Assembly (NCBI GenBank): GCA_044345715.1 | Contig: JBIJAP010000001.1 | Coordinates: forward strand, 1-40,623 | DNA from: Rubrivivax sp. | GTDB taxonomy: Bacteria; Pseudomonadota; Gammaproteobacteria; Burkholderiales; Burkholderiaceae_C | Direction of reading: 5' to 3' | DNA: 40,623 nt | Shown here: in pieces, positions 9,138 through 18,162 of the stretch | Layout: each line of letters begins with the position of its first letter | Position numbering within the stretch: the stretch's first letter is position 1 | Position numbers and translations under genes: made by a program | Notes under the pieces: generated by a model | The model's database searches: none | Seen by the model: only the letters and a program-made list of their open reading frames with translations | What the model was told of the DNA's origin: nothing

Positions 9138-11129
9138 TCAATGGGCCACCAGGCGCACCAGCGCGTCGCCGGTGTGACCGGCCAAGGCGTCAGCGCGGTC
9201 GGCGATCAGGTAGTTGCGGCTGCCGAAGATGCGCCGCACGTAGGCGTCGGCCTGGCGGTCCAGCGTCAGGCAGAACGTGCGGATGCCCCGCGCCGCGGCG
9301 CTGGCCACTGCATGGCGCGCGTCTTCCACCAGGTGTTCGTCTTCGACCACGTCGACGTCGGACGGCTCGCCGTCGGTCAGCATCAGGATCACCTTGTGGT
9401 CCACCGTCTGGCCATCGAGCGCGGCGCTGGCGTGGCGCAGCGCCGCGCCCATGCGCGTCGACAGGCTGCCCTGCACGGCGGCCAGCCGGGCCTGTTGCTC
9501 GGCACCGAAAGGCTCGTCGAAATCCTTGATGCGCTGGTAGTTCACCTCGTGGCGGCCGTTGGAGGCAAAGCCGTGCACCGCCACGCGGTCGCGCCCGCTG
9601 TCCAGCGCCTGAGCGACCACGCGCGCAGCGCGCTTTTCGACCTCGAGCACGGTGGTGAAGCTACCCGGCACGAAGCGCCGGGTCGACACCGACAGGTCCA
9701 TCAGCAGCACGACCGCGGTGGCCCGGTGGCCGCGGCCGTGGCGGCGGAAGATGCGGCCGTCGGGCGCCAGCCGGGAGCGCTGCTGGATCGCGCCGTCCAC
9801 AGCAGCGGTGAGGTCGAGCTCATCACCCTCGGCGAGGCGGTTCAGCCGGATCGAGCGGTCTGGCGTCTGTTCGAGGCCGCGCACCCGTTGCGCCGACTTC
9901 TGTGCGAACCGGTTGACTGCGCCGCGGTGCGTTGCCGGGCCGCTTTCGATGACCGTCGCCCAATCTTCGCGTAGCGCGTCGAGCCGGTGGTCCCACTCGG
10001 GATGGCGGGTCCGGCGACGCGTGTCTACGTCGACGCTCGGCAGGTCGGGCGGCAGCTGGTCGCGGGGCCGGAATTCGTAGTCTTCTCGCGGCGCGGTGGC
10101 CTCGTCATCGAGCGGCAGCGCGGCGTTCATGTTCCACAGCAGGGTGTTGTCGTCGCGGTAGGGCGGCTGCGGGCGGTACGAGGGCAGCAAGGGCAGGCGC
10201 ATCTTCTCGACGTCGATGGCAAGCTGGCGGCCGATGGCCTCGAATGCAGCCACGTCGTGCAGGTCGGTGGCGGCCGCGTCTTCGAACAGGGCCCGGCCCT
10301 TGTTCACCCAGGCGTTGCTGTCGACGTAGGCCGGGTCGTGCAGTGCGCGCGCCAGCCGCGCGGCCAGGCCGGCGTAGTCGAATCCCGCGCTTTCGCGTGT
10401 GGCGGTGTGGAACACGCCCCACAGGCTGCGCAGGCCGGGGTAATCGCGCAGCATCAGGCGCTCGACGCGTGCGTCCTCGACGAGAGCGATGGTCGCCAGC
10501 AACATCGGCCGCCGGCTGCCCGCCAGCCGCGCCAACGGCGAGTGCCGCAGGTGCGCCGCGATGTGCGCGATGCTGGCGCGGTACAGCGCGGCCCGGTCGG
10601 CCTGGGTCGCGGCCACGGCGCAGCGGCGCGGGAAGCGGATCACGTCGTCGGCCACGGCGGGGGCGGGCGGCGGCTGGCCGGCGGCCTGCGGCTCGTGCAG
10701 CTCGATGCCGTGTGTCGTGACGCCGAAGCCGGCCAGGTAGGCCTGCAGCGCGACACGTCGTGCGAGCAGGTCGGCCGAGTCGGCGTCGGACTGCTGATCG
10801 GCAAACAGTCGCGGATCGTCGCGCTCGAAGTACTGCAGCCGCGCCTTCGGGTGGTGCTGGTGGCGCTGCAGGCCGTGCAGTGCCCACTTGCGCAGGCTGT
10901 TGGGGTCGGGCACGGTGGCGATCAGGTCGCCCAGGCGCAAGGCCAGCGCCAACGCGGCATCGGTTGCTTCGCTGGCGACCTGCGCCAGCAGGTCGACCAG
11001 CGCTGCGGCATCGGCTGCGGCCAGACCGTCGTGCCACGCCGGATCGGCGAGCAGGACATCGAAAGTCGGGCGGTCGATGCCGCGCAGCACGTCGAGCCGC
11101 CGCGTCAGCAGGTTGCCGTTGTCAGTCAT
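9138..11129 (-). CDS. CbbO/NorD-like VWA-domain adaptor protein (copy 1)
   Basis: [41 protein letters not shown]; ATGA overlap with the upstream AAA+ gene. Confidence 0.88.
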   Translation of the reverse strand: MTDNGNLLTRRLDVLRGIDRPTFDVLLADPAWHDGLAAADAAALVDLLAQVASEATDAALALALRLGDLIATVPDPNSLRKWALHGLQRHQHHPKARLQYFERDDPRLFADQQSDADSADLLARRVALQAYLAGFGVTTHGIELHEPQAAGQPPPAPAVADDVIRFPRRCAVAATQADRAALYRASIAHIAAHLRHSPLARLAGSRRPMLLATIALVEDARVERLMLRDYPGLRSLWGVFHTATRESAGFDYAGLAARLARALHDPAYVDSNAWVNKGRALFEDAAATDLHDVAAFEAIGRQLAIDVEKMRLPLLPSYRPQPPYRDDNTLLWNMNAALPLDDEATAPREDYEFRPRDQLPPDLPSVDVDTRRRTRHPEWDHRLDALREDWATVIESGPATHRGAVNRFAQKSAQRVRGLEQTPDRSIRLNRLAEGDELDLTAAVDGAIQQRSRLAPDGRIFRRHGRGHRATAVVLLMDLSVSTRRFVPGSFTTVLEVEKRAARVVAQALDSGRDRVAVHGFASNGRHEVNYQRIKDFDEPFGAEQQARLAAVQGSLSTRMGAALRHASAALDGQTVDHKVILMLTDGEPSDVDVVEDEHLVEDARHAVASAAARGIRTFCLTLDRQADAYVRRIFGSRNYLIADRADALAGHTGDALVRLVAH

Positions 11130-11941
11130 CGCCGCGGCCCGAACTGCGCTTCGACAAAGCCGGCGAGCGCGGCCTGCAGGTCGCGGTCGTCGGTGATCGG
11201 TGTCGTCATCGCCAGGGCGCACGCGTCGTGCACGGCAATGCCTTCGGCGATCAAGGCGCCGGCATGCACCAGCATGCGCGTCGAGATGCCTTCGTCCAGG
11301 CCGCGCCCGCGCAGCGCGCGCGACTGCTCGGCGATCTTCACCAACTGCAGCGCCAGCGCCGGGGTGACGCCGCTCTCGTGCGCGACGACCTCGGTTTCCA
11401 CGGCCGGCGGCGGGAAGTCGAAGTCAATCGCACCGAAGCGCTGGCGCGTCGATGGCTTCATGTCCTTGGCGACACTCTGGTAGCCCGGGTTGTAGGAAAC
11501 GACGAGCCGGAAGTCGGGGTGCGCCTTGACCAGTTCACCGCGTTTGTCCAGCGGCAGCATGCGGCGCTCGTCGGTCAGCGGGTGGATCACGACGGTGGTG
11601 TCCTGCCGGGCTTCGACCACTTCGTCGAGGTAGCAGATGGCGCCGTGGCGGACGGCGGTGGTCAACGGGCCGTCGTGCCAGACGGTGCCCTGCGCGTCGA
11701 GCAGGTAACGCCCGACGAGGTCCGACGCAGCCATGTCCTCGTTGCAGGCCAGCGTGATCAAAGGCCGCTGCAGCCGCCAGGCCATGTGTTCGATGAAACG
11801 CGTCTTTCCGCAGCCGGTGGGGCCCTTGAGCATCATCGGCAAACCGCGCGCGAACGCTGCCGTGAAGAGTGCGACCTCGTTGCCGGCGGCGCGGTAGTAC
11901 GGTTCGCGCTCGATCAGGTAAGGCTGGAGTGGGTTTGTCAT
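11126..11941 (-). CDS. CbbQ/NirQ/NorQ (MoxR-type) AAA+ ATPase (copy 1)
   Basis: GPTGCGKT Walker [11 protein letters not shown] Walker [23 protein letters not shown]. Confidence 0.95.
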   Translation of the reverse strand: MTNPLQPYLIEREPYYRAAGNEVALFTAAFARGLPMMLKGPTGCGKTRFIEHMAWRLQRPLITLACNEDMAASDLVGRYLLDAQGTVWHDGPLTTAVRHGAICYLDEVVEARQDTTVVIHPLTDERRMLPLDKRGELVKAHPDFRLVVSYNPGYQSVAKDMKPSTRQRFGAIDFDFPPPAVETEVVAHESGVTPALALQLVKIAEQSRALRGRGLDEGISTRMLVHAGALIAEGIAVHDACALAMTTPITDDRDLQAALAGFVEAQFGPRR

Positions 11942-11964
11942 CTTGATCCGGACCGGTTTGCGCT

Positions 11965-11996
11965 ACCGGGGCTGCCTGGAGGTCGGCGGCCCCGGT
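11965..11996. other. Strong stem-loop downstream of tubulin-like protein A (no U-tract)
   Basis: ACCGGGGCTGCC-N8-GGCGGCCCCGGT; a second hairpin lies at 12026-12042. Confidence 0.55.
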
Positions 11997-12049
11997 TCAC
12001 TCGGAATGAGCCTCGCGGCCCATCTGCGCACAGCTTGTGCGCTGCTGGC

Positions 12050-13738
12050 TCAGGCGTGTGCCTTGGCCAGCTGCTTGGCGTCACCGCCGGGCGTCTTGAC
12101 CACGGTCTTGGTCATCATCGCGATGCCTTCTTCCATGATCACCTTGCGGTTCGGCGGCGGCAGCTTGTCACCGCGCAGCTGGTCGTAAGGCACGACCACC
12201 CAGCAGGCACAACCCCAGATGCACTCGCCGGCCATGCCTTCGAAGCGGATCGCCGGCTCCGACAGCATCGGGCCGATGTCGATCAGCCACGCGTGCTCGT
12301 ACAGCTTGGCTTCCCACTCCAGCGCGTCGTAGTTCTTCTGGCTGGCCCAGAAGGCCGTCAGGTCGGTCTTTGCCACCCCGGGCAGGATGATGTTGGCGTA
12401 GGCCGTCAGCGCGTCGAAGAACTCGTGGTTGTAGGTCTGGTAGGTCGAGTCGTTGGGCAGCAGGTAGTCCTTGGTGATCAAGTCCTTGAAGCCCTTGCTG
12501 AGCAGGTCGAAACCCATGTCGCGAGAGGCGTGAATATGGACTTCGGCGTAGTCGGTCTTGAACCCATCCTTCAGCCCGCTGTACTTCGGAACGAAGTCGA
12601 TCCACTGCGCGATCACCGAGTCCCACTTCGAGCCGGCTTCGCCCGGCAGCACCTGCACGCCCGGGTGGGTGAGCTTGGCGACATCGAACAGCGTCCAGTT
12701 GCGCGACTTGGCCGACAGTGTTTCGTGCGGTGCGCCGGTGAAGCCGGCCGGCCGCAGCGCGCGGAACAGCACACGGCCGTAGTCGAGCACGGCAAAACGC
12801 ATGAACGAGTCGGCGACGAAGCGGTTGGTCACCAGCTGCTTGAAGCTCTGGCGGACTTCCTTTTCGCCCGTGGTGGTGTATGCCGTCAGTCGCGCCCAGC
12901 TCTGCTCGGGGTTGACGACGAAGAAGCCGCCGGTGAACGGGCTGCGGTACAGGTCGCCCCAGACCGCCGTGACGCCGGCGTTCTTGTCGTCGTCGAGCAT
13001 GCAGTCGAGGTCGTTCAGCGTGGTGTAGGTCGTCGGGTTGTTGTAGTACTCGCCGTCGCCGCTGTGCGGCAGCTGGCCCACGCCGATGACCGGGATGCGG
13101 CGGCCGAGCTTGACATTCGACAGGTGGCGCGCAAGGTCGACGACCATGCCGCTGCCAGTGCCGCCGGCCATGCTGAAGGCGACCATCACCAAGGAGGGCA
13201 GCGTGGCCTTCTCGACCTGGTCGACGAAGTTGCGCAGCGCCACGTCGAGCGGACGCTCGCCGGCGTAGTAGGCGTTGGCGTAGATGCCCTTGGCCACCAC
13301 GCGCGGAATGTGCCCGCCGGCGGCCGGCATCTTGATCTTGTGCGGCACGTAGGACTCGAAGTTCGGGTTCCAGTAGTAGCGCGGGTACTCGAGCTTGAGG
13401 AATTCGCGGGTGCGGTTCAGGCCCTCGAAGAATTCCGCCTTGTCAGGGATCGGCAAGGCGATGGCCTGGAACTGGAAGCGCTCGAGCGGGATGCCACGCG
13501 ACTCGAGCCGCTTCTTGAACGAGTTGGCGTAGTCGATGACGACCCCCATGTCCTGATCGCCGATGTCGACGACCATCGCCGCGAAGGTGGCACGCGGGTC
13601 GGTCAGCAGGTCTTCGATCTCACCGGTGCGCAGCAAGGCCTCGATGTAGACCGCGCCGGTGCGGCCGATGCCGATGGCATGCAGGCAGTGCGGTGCCTGG
13701 ACGCCGGTGGCGCTGTTGTAGAGGGATGATGAGGTCAT
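12050..13738 (-). CDS. Tubulin/FtsZ-fold protein A (562 aa) with C-terminal CIWGCAC motif
   Basis: N-terminal IGIGRTG loop, FSMAGGTGSG tubulin-signature-like motif; GGAG RBS. Confidence 0.8.
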   Translation of the reverse strand: MTSSSLYNSATGVQAPHCLHAIGIGRTGAVYIEALLRTGEIEDLLTDPRATFAAMVVDIGDQDMGVVIDYANSFKKRLESRGIPLERFQFQAIALPIPDKAEFFEGLNRTREFLKLEYPRYYWNPNFESYVPHKIKMPAAGGHIPRVVAKGIYANAYYAGERPLDVALRNFVDQVEKATLPSLVMVAFSMAGGTGSGMVVDLARHLSNVKLGRRIPVIGVGQLPHSGDGEYYNNPTTYTTLNDLDCMLDDDKNAGVTAVWGDLYRSPFTGGFFVVNPEQSWARLTAYTTTGEKEVRQSFKQLVTNRFVADSFMRFAVLDYGRVLFRALRPAGFTGAPHETLSAKSRNWTLFDVAKLTHPGVQVLPGEAGSKWDSVIAQWIDFVPKYSGLKDGFKTDYAEVHIHASRDMGFDLLSKGFKDLITKDYLLPNDSTYQTYNHEFFDALTAYANIILPGVAKTDLTAFWASQKNYDALEWEAKLYEHAWLIDIGPMLSEPAIRFEGMAGECIWGCACWVVVPYDQLRGDKLPPPNRKVIMEEGIAMMTKTVVKTPGGDAKQLAKAHA

Positions 13739-13872
13739 TTCTTAGCTCCAGTCTGGGGGGGATTGACGAACGGTGGGCACGAGATGCAGCCGAGTGCCCG
13801 TCGGCGGCAGAGAGCTCGACGGTGGGTCGAGACCGCTGCCATGGGTGACCGTTGTGCTGACCATGGTCTGGC

Positions 13873-14199
13873 TCAGCAGCGGATGGAAAAGGTCTCGGTG
13901 GCGTCGAGCACACCCAGGTCGCGCAGGATGTGCGCCACCGAGGTGGCGCGTTCGTTGGCGACGTACAGCATGTAGTCCTCGACGAACAGGCCCGGGTCAC
14001 GAGAAATGGTGCCGGCCTCGATCAGCTCGACACCCTTCTCGAGGTTGATGCGCTGCAGTCTGGCCTGCCAGATCGGCGACTCGATGTGGATCGCCTCGTC
14101 GTCGACAAAGGCGATCTTCAGGAACTTGCCCCCGGCCACCGTGGGCACCATGTAGCCTTGGCCGTATTTGTCGACGACCGTCTTCCAGTCCAGTGGCAT
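13873..14199 (-). CDS. Hypothetical protein (108 aa) between tubulin-like genes B and A
   Basis: AGGAG RBS before ATG 14199; protein-like composition; same strand as the operon. Confidence 0.8.
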   Translation of the reverse strand: MPLDWKTVVDKYGQGYMVPTVAGGKFLKIAFVDDEAIHIESPIWQARLQRINLEKGVELIEAGTISRDPGLFVEDYMLYVANERATSVAHILRDLGVLDATETFSIRC

Positions 14200-14228
14200 G
14201 GCAGGGTCTCCTGTGAAGTGCCGGCAGG

Positions 14229-15755
14229 TCAGCCGATTTCGCCACGCAGTGCGTCCAGCGGCACCGCGATCCAGTGACCACCGTCGCCCAGACTCGCACC
14301 GGCCATGCCTTCGATGCGGCGCGACGGCTCGCACAGCAGCACGCCTTGTTCGAGCAGCAGCGCGTGCGACGCAAGCCGGTCGGCGGCGGGCATCGTGTCG
14401 TAGGCGTCACGTGCCCGCACGAAGAGGTCGAGGTCCGTCTTGGCCAGTCGTGGCAGCAGAAACTGCACGGTGCCAGCCGGCGCACCGGGCACAAGGTGGG
14501 TCGGCACCTCGGGCAGCAGTGCCGCGTCGAGCGCTTCGGCCCACGCCCTGGCGGTGGCGCTCGGATCATCGCCATCGGCCTGCCGAAGCTCGATGAACTC
14601 GGGCGCATAGCCCGGCAGCAGGCCCAGCGCCGCCGGCACATCGACACCGACCGGGGCCGTGTGTGCGCTGCCGAAGCCGAACAGGTGGATCCAGCGCGCG
14701 CCCCAAGGGGTGCGTGCAGCCGAATGTTGAGTCGAAGGCGCAGCCACCCAGTTCAACAGCCGTAGGGCTTCCCATAGGTTGGCGCCATGGCGGTGCTGAA
14801 ACAGCGACACCAACTCGGTGTTGACCACCGCGCGGGTCGACGCGACATCGGCCCCCGACGGCTGAGGGACGACCACGAAGCCGGCGGTGAACGGGTTCTT
14901 GTAGAGGTCACCACACGACAGCGTTACGCCGCGGTTCTTCTCTTCGTCACACAACACGTCGAGTTCGGCGAGCACCGGGAACAGCGATGCGCCACCGTCG
15001 GCCAGCGCCTCGTTGGCATGCGGCGCGATGCCGATGCCCGTGATGAGAACGCGGCGGCCGAACACGCCGTTCGACAGGTGGCGGGCGAGGTCGAGCGCGA
15101 TGCCGCTGCCGGTGCCTCCGGCCAGGCCGAACACCAGGCAGACCACAGCGTCGCCCTGGGTCGCTTCGACACTGCGGGCGAAACGCTTGAGCGCGGCTGC
15201 CATCGGCCGATCACCGTCGTAGTAGGCGCGGCCGTAGGCGGCTTTGGCCAAAGCCCGAGACTGCCGCTCGCCGACCCGCGCCGTCGCCGCTTGCGTCGGC
15301 AGCCAGGCCCCTGCGTCGGGGTTCGGGTGGTACATCGGGTACTCAAGCTTCAGGAAATCGCAATAGCTCGACAGCGTTTCCTGCAACAGCCCGGCTTCAG
15401 GCAGCGCGAGCGAGATCGTCTCCACCTGCGCACGGCTGGCGTCGAAGCGCCCGGCCAGGGTGCGCACCGCACCGAGGTCCTGCTCGCCGATGTCCACTGC
15501 CAGCGCCGTCAGACGCGAGCCGGGCACGTCGAGAAGGTCCGCTGGCGCGTCGCGCAGGAACTGCTCGACCACCCGGGCACCGGCACCGCCGACACCGATG
15601 AGATGCACGCCGAACGGCAGCGCAGCTGCATCGGCGATGCGATGCACGCCGCGCTTGAGTGCATCGAGCTTGCGCTGCTGGAGCTTGGCCTCGGTGCTGC
15701 CGATGGCCGGCGTCGGCCGGCCGCGCATCAGGTCGATTCCTGCGGTGACTGTCAT
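14229..15755 (-). CDS. Tubulin/FtsZ-fold protein B (508 aa)
   Basis: IGVGGAG, FGLAGGTGSG; shares FLKLEYP, DLARHLSN, PFTxGF and EGMAG blocks with protein A; start set at ATG 15755, downstream of the leader terminator. Confidence 0.8.
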   Translation of the reverse strand: MTVTAGIDLMRGRPTPAIGSTEAKLQQRKLDALKRGVHRIADAAALPFGVHLIGVGGAGARVVEQFLRDAPADLLDVPGSRLTALAVDIGEQDLGAVRTLAGRFDASRAQVETISLALPEAGLLQETLSSYCDFLKLEYPMYHPNPDAGAWLPTQAATARVGERQSRALAKAAYGRAYYDGDRPMAAALKRFARSVEATQGDAVVCLVFGLAGGTGSGIALDLARHLSNGVFGRRVLITGIGIAPHANEALADGGASLFPVLAELDVLCDEEKNRGVTLSCGDLYKNPFTAGFVVVPQPSGADVASTRAVVNTELVSLFQHRHGANLWEALRLLNWVAAPSTQHSAARTPWGARWIHLFGFGSAHTAPVGVDVPAALGLLPGYAPEFIELRQADGDDPSATARAWAEALDAALLPEVPTHLVPGAPAGTVQFLLPRLAKTDLDLFVRARDAYDTMPAADRLASHALLLEQGVLLCEPSRRIEGMAGASLGDGGHWIAVPLDALRGEIG

Positions 15756-15776
15756 TCGGCGCTGCTTCCCAGGGTG

Positions 15777-15820
15777 AAAACGAAAAAAGCCCATCCGGCG
15801 CTGGTGTGCACCGGATGAGC
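15777..15820 (-). terminator. Intrinsic terminator (attenuator) in the leader of the tubulin-like operon
   Basis: Minus strand GCTCATCCGGTGC-ACACCA-GCGCCGGATGGGC followed by TTTTTTCGTTTT, about 20 nt before the start codon. Confidence 0.85.
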
Positions 15821-15856
15821 CTTGTTGCTCTGATCACCAACGGCCTTGATGCCGTC
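15817..15856 (-). promoter_or_regulatory. Dual hexaloop ANTAR (AmiR)-type RNA element
   Basis: GACGGC-AUCAAG-GCCGUU and GAGC-AACAAG-GCUC; the second stem overlaps the terminator 5' arm. Confidence 0.7.
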
Positions 15857-15912
15857 GCGATCATTCTGTCGACTTGTCGGATGGCCTGCATCCGACGTTT
15901 ACTGTGGAGACA

Positions 15913-15958
15913 ACGTTATGACGCGAGGCGTCGGCTGTCAAGACATTTCACATGGAAA
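15913..15958 (-). promoter_or_regulatory. sigma70 promoter TTGACA-N17-TAACGT with upstream operator TTTCCATGTGAA (15947-15958)
   Basis: Consensus -35 at 15941-15936, -10 at 15918-15913. Confidence 0.7.
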
Positions 15959-15976
15959 ATAAAAGACAGCGGGACT

Positions 15977-16339
15977 CTAAGGGTTCTCCGAGGGCCAACG
16001 CCGGGCGTTGCCGGTGCCGGCCACGGCGACCGCGAGGCGCCGCGCCTGCAGTTGCTCGGCGGTCATCAGCCCCTTGGCCGAGAGCAGCGATTCGGCTGCG
16101 CTCAACCATTGTTCGTAGTAGCTCCTGGGCTTGCCGCCAGTCGCCTCGACGCCTGCGTCGAGAGCCACCTCGCGCGAGAAGCACTCGACCCAGTCGGACC
16201 ATGTGAAGTGCCCCGCCTGACTCAGGCTGACGACGATGGCAAAGGCCCGGGCCTCCCAAGGCGCGGCAAACTTCAGGTCGTCGTCGCCGCCGAGCGGCAG
16301 CCGGAGCGACAACAGTACTGGAGTGGCGCCGGCGCTCAT
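15977..16339 (-). CDS. Nitrile hydratase accessory protein (P14K/NhlE-like activator)
   Basis: FAAPWEARAFAIVVSL...FTWSDW...YYEQWLSAAESLL; follows the NHase subunits. Confidence 0.88.
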   Translation of the reverse strand: MSAGATPVLLSLRLPLGGDDDLKFAAPWEARAFAIVVSLSQAGHFTWSDWVECFSREVALDAGVEATGGKPRSYYEQWLSAAESLLSAKGLMTAEQLQARRLAVAVAGTGNARRWPSENP

Positions 16340-16364
16340 CGCCACCAGGTCGACACGAAGGCCT

Positions 16365-16715
16365 TCATGCCGGGTCGAGGTAGTCGTCGAACAGGTCCAC
16401 GCGCAGCGTGTCGGATACGTGAGCGTCTGCACCCCACACTTCGCGCGCACTGAAGTGCACGCTGTAGCAGTGCTGAGGCTTGTCGCCGAGTCCATGAGCG
16501 TGGGTGTCTGGGAAGGCGAACACGCCATGGTCCAGTTCGATCACGCCGATCTTGCCGCGCAGGTAGCCAGGCAGCCGGGTGTGCGTGCTTGGGTTGTGGT
16601 TGCGCACGCGGACCCGCTCCCCGCGCTGGAAGCGAGGTACCGCGTCGGCGGCGATGCGCGCCGATGCGCCGGTGGCGACGACGACGGGGACGATGTCGGG
16701 AGTGAGCAGCATCAT
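16365..16715 (-). CDS. nthB: Nitrile hydratase beta subunit, C-terminal (SH3-like) half
   Basis: RFQRGERVRVR...HTRLPGYLRGKIG...FPDTHAHG...YSVHFSAREVWG; own AGGAG RBS and ATGA overlap. Confidence 0.9.
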   Translation of the reverse strand: MMLLTPDIVPVVVATGASARIAADAVPRFQRGERVRVRNHNPSTHTRLPGYLRGKIGVIELDHGVFAFPDTHAHGLGDKPQHCYSVHFSAREVWGADAHVSDTLRVDLFDDYLDPA

Positions 16716-17038
16716 GGGGCTCCTGCCGCCGACGGCGACGCCTTCAACAACGCGATGCGGGCGTCGAGCTCTTCGCGCGACACGAAGCCGCGCTTGATCA
16801 GCGCTTCCTCGAAAGCGAACATCCAGTGTTCGTAGTACGACGAGTCGAGGTAATGCGCCGGGGCGATCTTCTCGATCGCGTGGCGGAACTCGTCGACGGT
16901 GTAGCCCGCAAAGACGAAGGTCGCGGCGAACAGGCCGAAGGCGCGGCCTTCCCAGGGCTCGTGAAACACCGGTTCGTTGGTTTCGGTCAGCACCGGGCCC
17001 AGGCCGTGCATCCCGCCGAGGTCGTGGATGCCGTTCAT
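16712..17038 (-). CDS. nthB: Nitrile hydratase beta subunit, N-terminal half
   Basis: [37 protein letters not shown]. Confidence 0.9.
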   Translation of the reverse strand: MNGIHDLGGMHGLGPVLTETNEPVFHEPWEGRAFGLFAATFVFAGYTVDEFRHAIEKIAPAHYLDSSYYEHWMFAFEEALIKRGFVSREELDARIALLKASPSAAGAP

Positions 17039-17658
17039 GCGCTGCGCTCCTGTCCGGTGCCGGGAGCCGGCAGCCGGGTCACGCCGATCATCGAGTCGCG
17101 TGTCACCAGCGCCGCCAGTGTTTCCTCGCTGAGGCCGTCGGTGCCGGCCGGCCGCTGCGGCAGCACCAGGTAGCGCAGTTCGGCGGTGGTGTCCCAGGTG
17201 CGGACCTCGACGCTGTCTGGCAACTCGGTGCCGAACTCCTTCAGCACGCCGCGCGGGTCGCTGACCACCCTGGCGCGGTACGGCGCGGACTTGTACCAGA
17301 CCGGCGGCAGGCCCAGCGTCGGCCACGGGTAGCACGAACACAAAGTGCAAACGACGACGTTGTGTACCGTGTCGGTGTTCTCCAGCACGACCATGTCTTC
17401 GCCCTGCAGGCCGGAGAAGCCGAGTTCCTTGATCGCGGCCGTGGCGTCGCTGAGCAGCCGCTGCCTGTAGTCGGGGTCGACCCAGGCGCGCGCCACCACC
17501 TTGGCGCCGTTGCGCGGGCCGATCTTCGACTCGTAGGTGTCGACCAGCACGTCCAGCGCCTTCGGGTCGATCAGGCCTCTTTCGGCGAGCAAGGACTCGA
17601 GTGCCTTGACGCGGATCGCGGCATCGGACTCAGGTGCGGTGTGTCGAGGGGGTGTCAA
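17035..17658 (-). CDS. nthA: Cobalt-type nitrile hydratase alpha subunit
   Basis: [11 protein letters not shown] (Thr/Tyr indicate Co-type), [22 protein letters not shown]; TTG start after AGGAGG is tentative. Confidence 0.96.
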   Translation of the reverse strand: MTPPRHTAPESDAAIRVKALESLLAERGLIDPKALDVLVDTYESKIGPRNGAKVVARAWVDPDYRQRLLSDATAAIKELGFSGLQGEDMVVLENTDTVHNVVVCTLCSCYPWPTLGLPPVWYKSAPYRARVVSDPRGVLKEFGTELPDSVEVRTWDTTAELRYLVLPQRPAGTDGLSEETLAALVTRDSMIGVTRLPAPGTGQERSA

Positions 17659-17730
17659 GAGGCCTCCTGGTGGCACAAGCGGTCGGTCAGGGTGTGGAGA
17701 GGGGGAGACCACCCATGCCGCTTGAGAAAC

Positions 17731-17759
17731 AATTTACTTGGAAACAATAATGCCGTCAA
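17731..17759 (-). promoter_or_regulatory. sigma70 promoter of the NHase operon (TTGACG-N17-TAAATT) with operator TTTCCAAGTAAA (17733-17744) over the -10
   Basis: Read by eye in an AT-rich intergenic patch. Confidence 0.65.
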
Positions 17760-17808
17760 TTCGGCAGCCATTGCCAGAAGCATCGAGGCCGACACCCAAC
17801 GAGGCGCC

Positions 17809-18162
17809 ATGAAGAAGGACATCCTGATCGACCTGTACTGGATCCTCGACGCCGTGCAACGCGGTGGCCAGCCCGATCCCGGCCGTGTCGGCGTGTGCTT
17901 CATCGCCATCCGCGATGCACTGCTGGACCCCGACACCGAGCAGATCGTCCAGCACATCCGCAGCGTGCTCGAACGCTCCGAGGCGGCAGCCGACGTGCTG
18001 GCGCACCAACTCATCGGGCGATCGTCGGCCACCGCCCGCCGGCCGCTGCCTGAGCAACGGCTGCGTGAGCTGATGGCGGAAGCGCAGAGCGAGACGGGTG
18101 GCGATGACCAGGCCGTGGCCTTCGGCCGGCGGGTCGAAGCCGAGCACGGCATCGGGTTCTGA
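17809..18162 (+). CDS. Hypothetical protein (117 aa), opposite strand to the cluster
   Basis: GAGG before ATG, host-like codons; stop codon abuts the stop of tubulin-like protein C. Confidence 0.7.
   Translation: MKKDILIDLYWILDAVQRGGQPDPGRVGVCFIAIRDALLDPDTEQIVQHIRSVLERSEAAADVLAHQLIGRSSATARRPLPEQRLRELMAEAQSETGGDDQAVAFGRRVEAEHGIGF

Noticed and set aside
13739-13872. Third ANTAR element or cobalamin/NiCo riboswitch
   Set aside because: Structured, but lacks the dual ANCANS hexaloops, a terminator and recognisable riboswitch cores
16365-17658. Thiocyanate hydrolase, or a frameshifted nthB pseudogene
   Set aside because: Alpha and beta motifs and the amidase context are NHase-like; the ATGA coupling with its own RBS argues for a real split (not proven)
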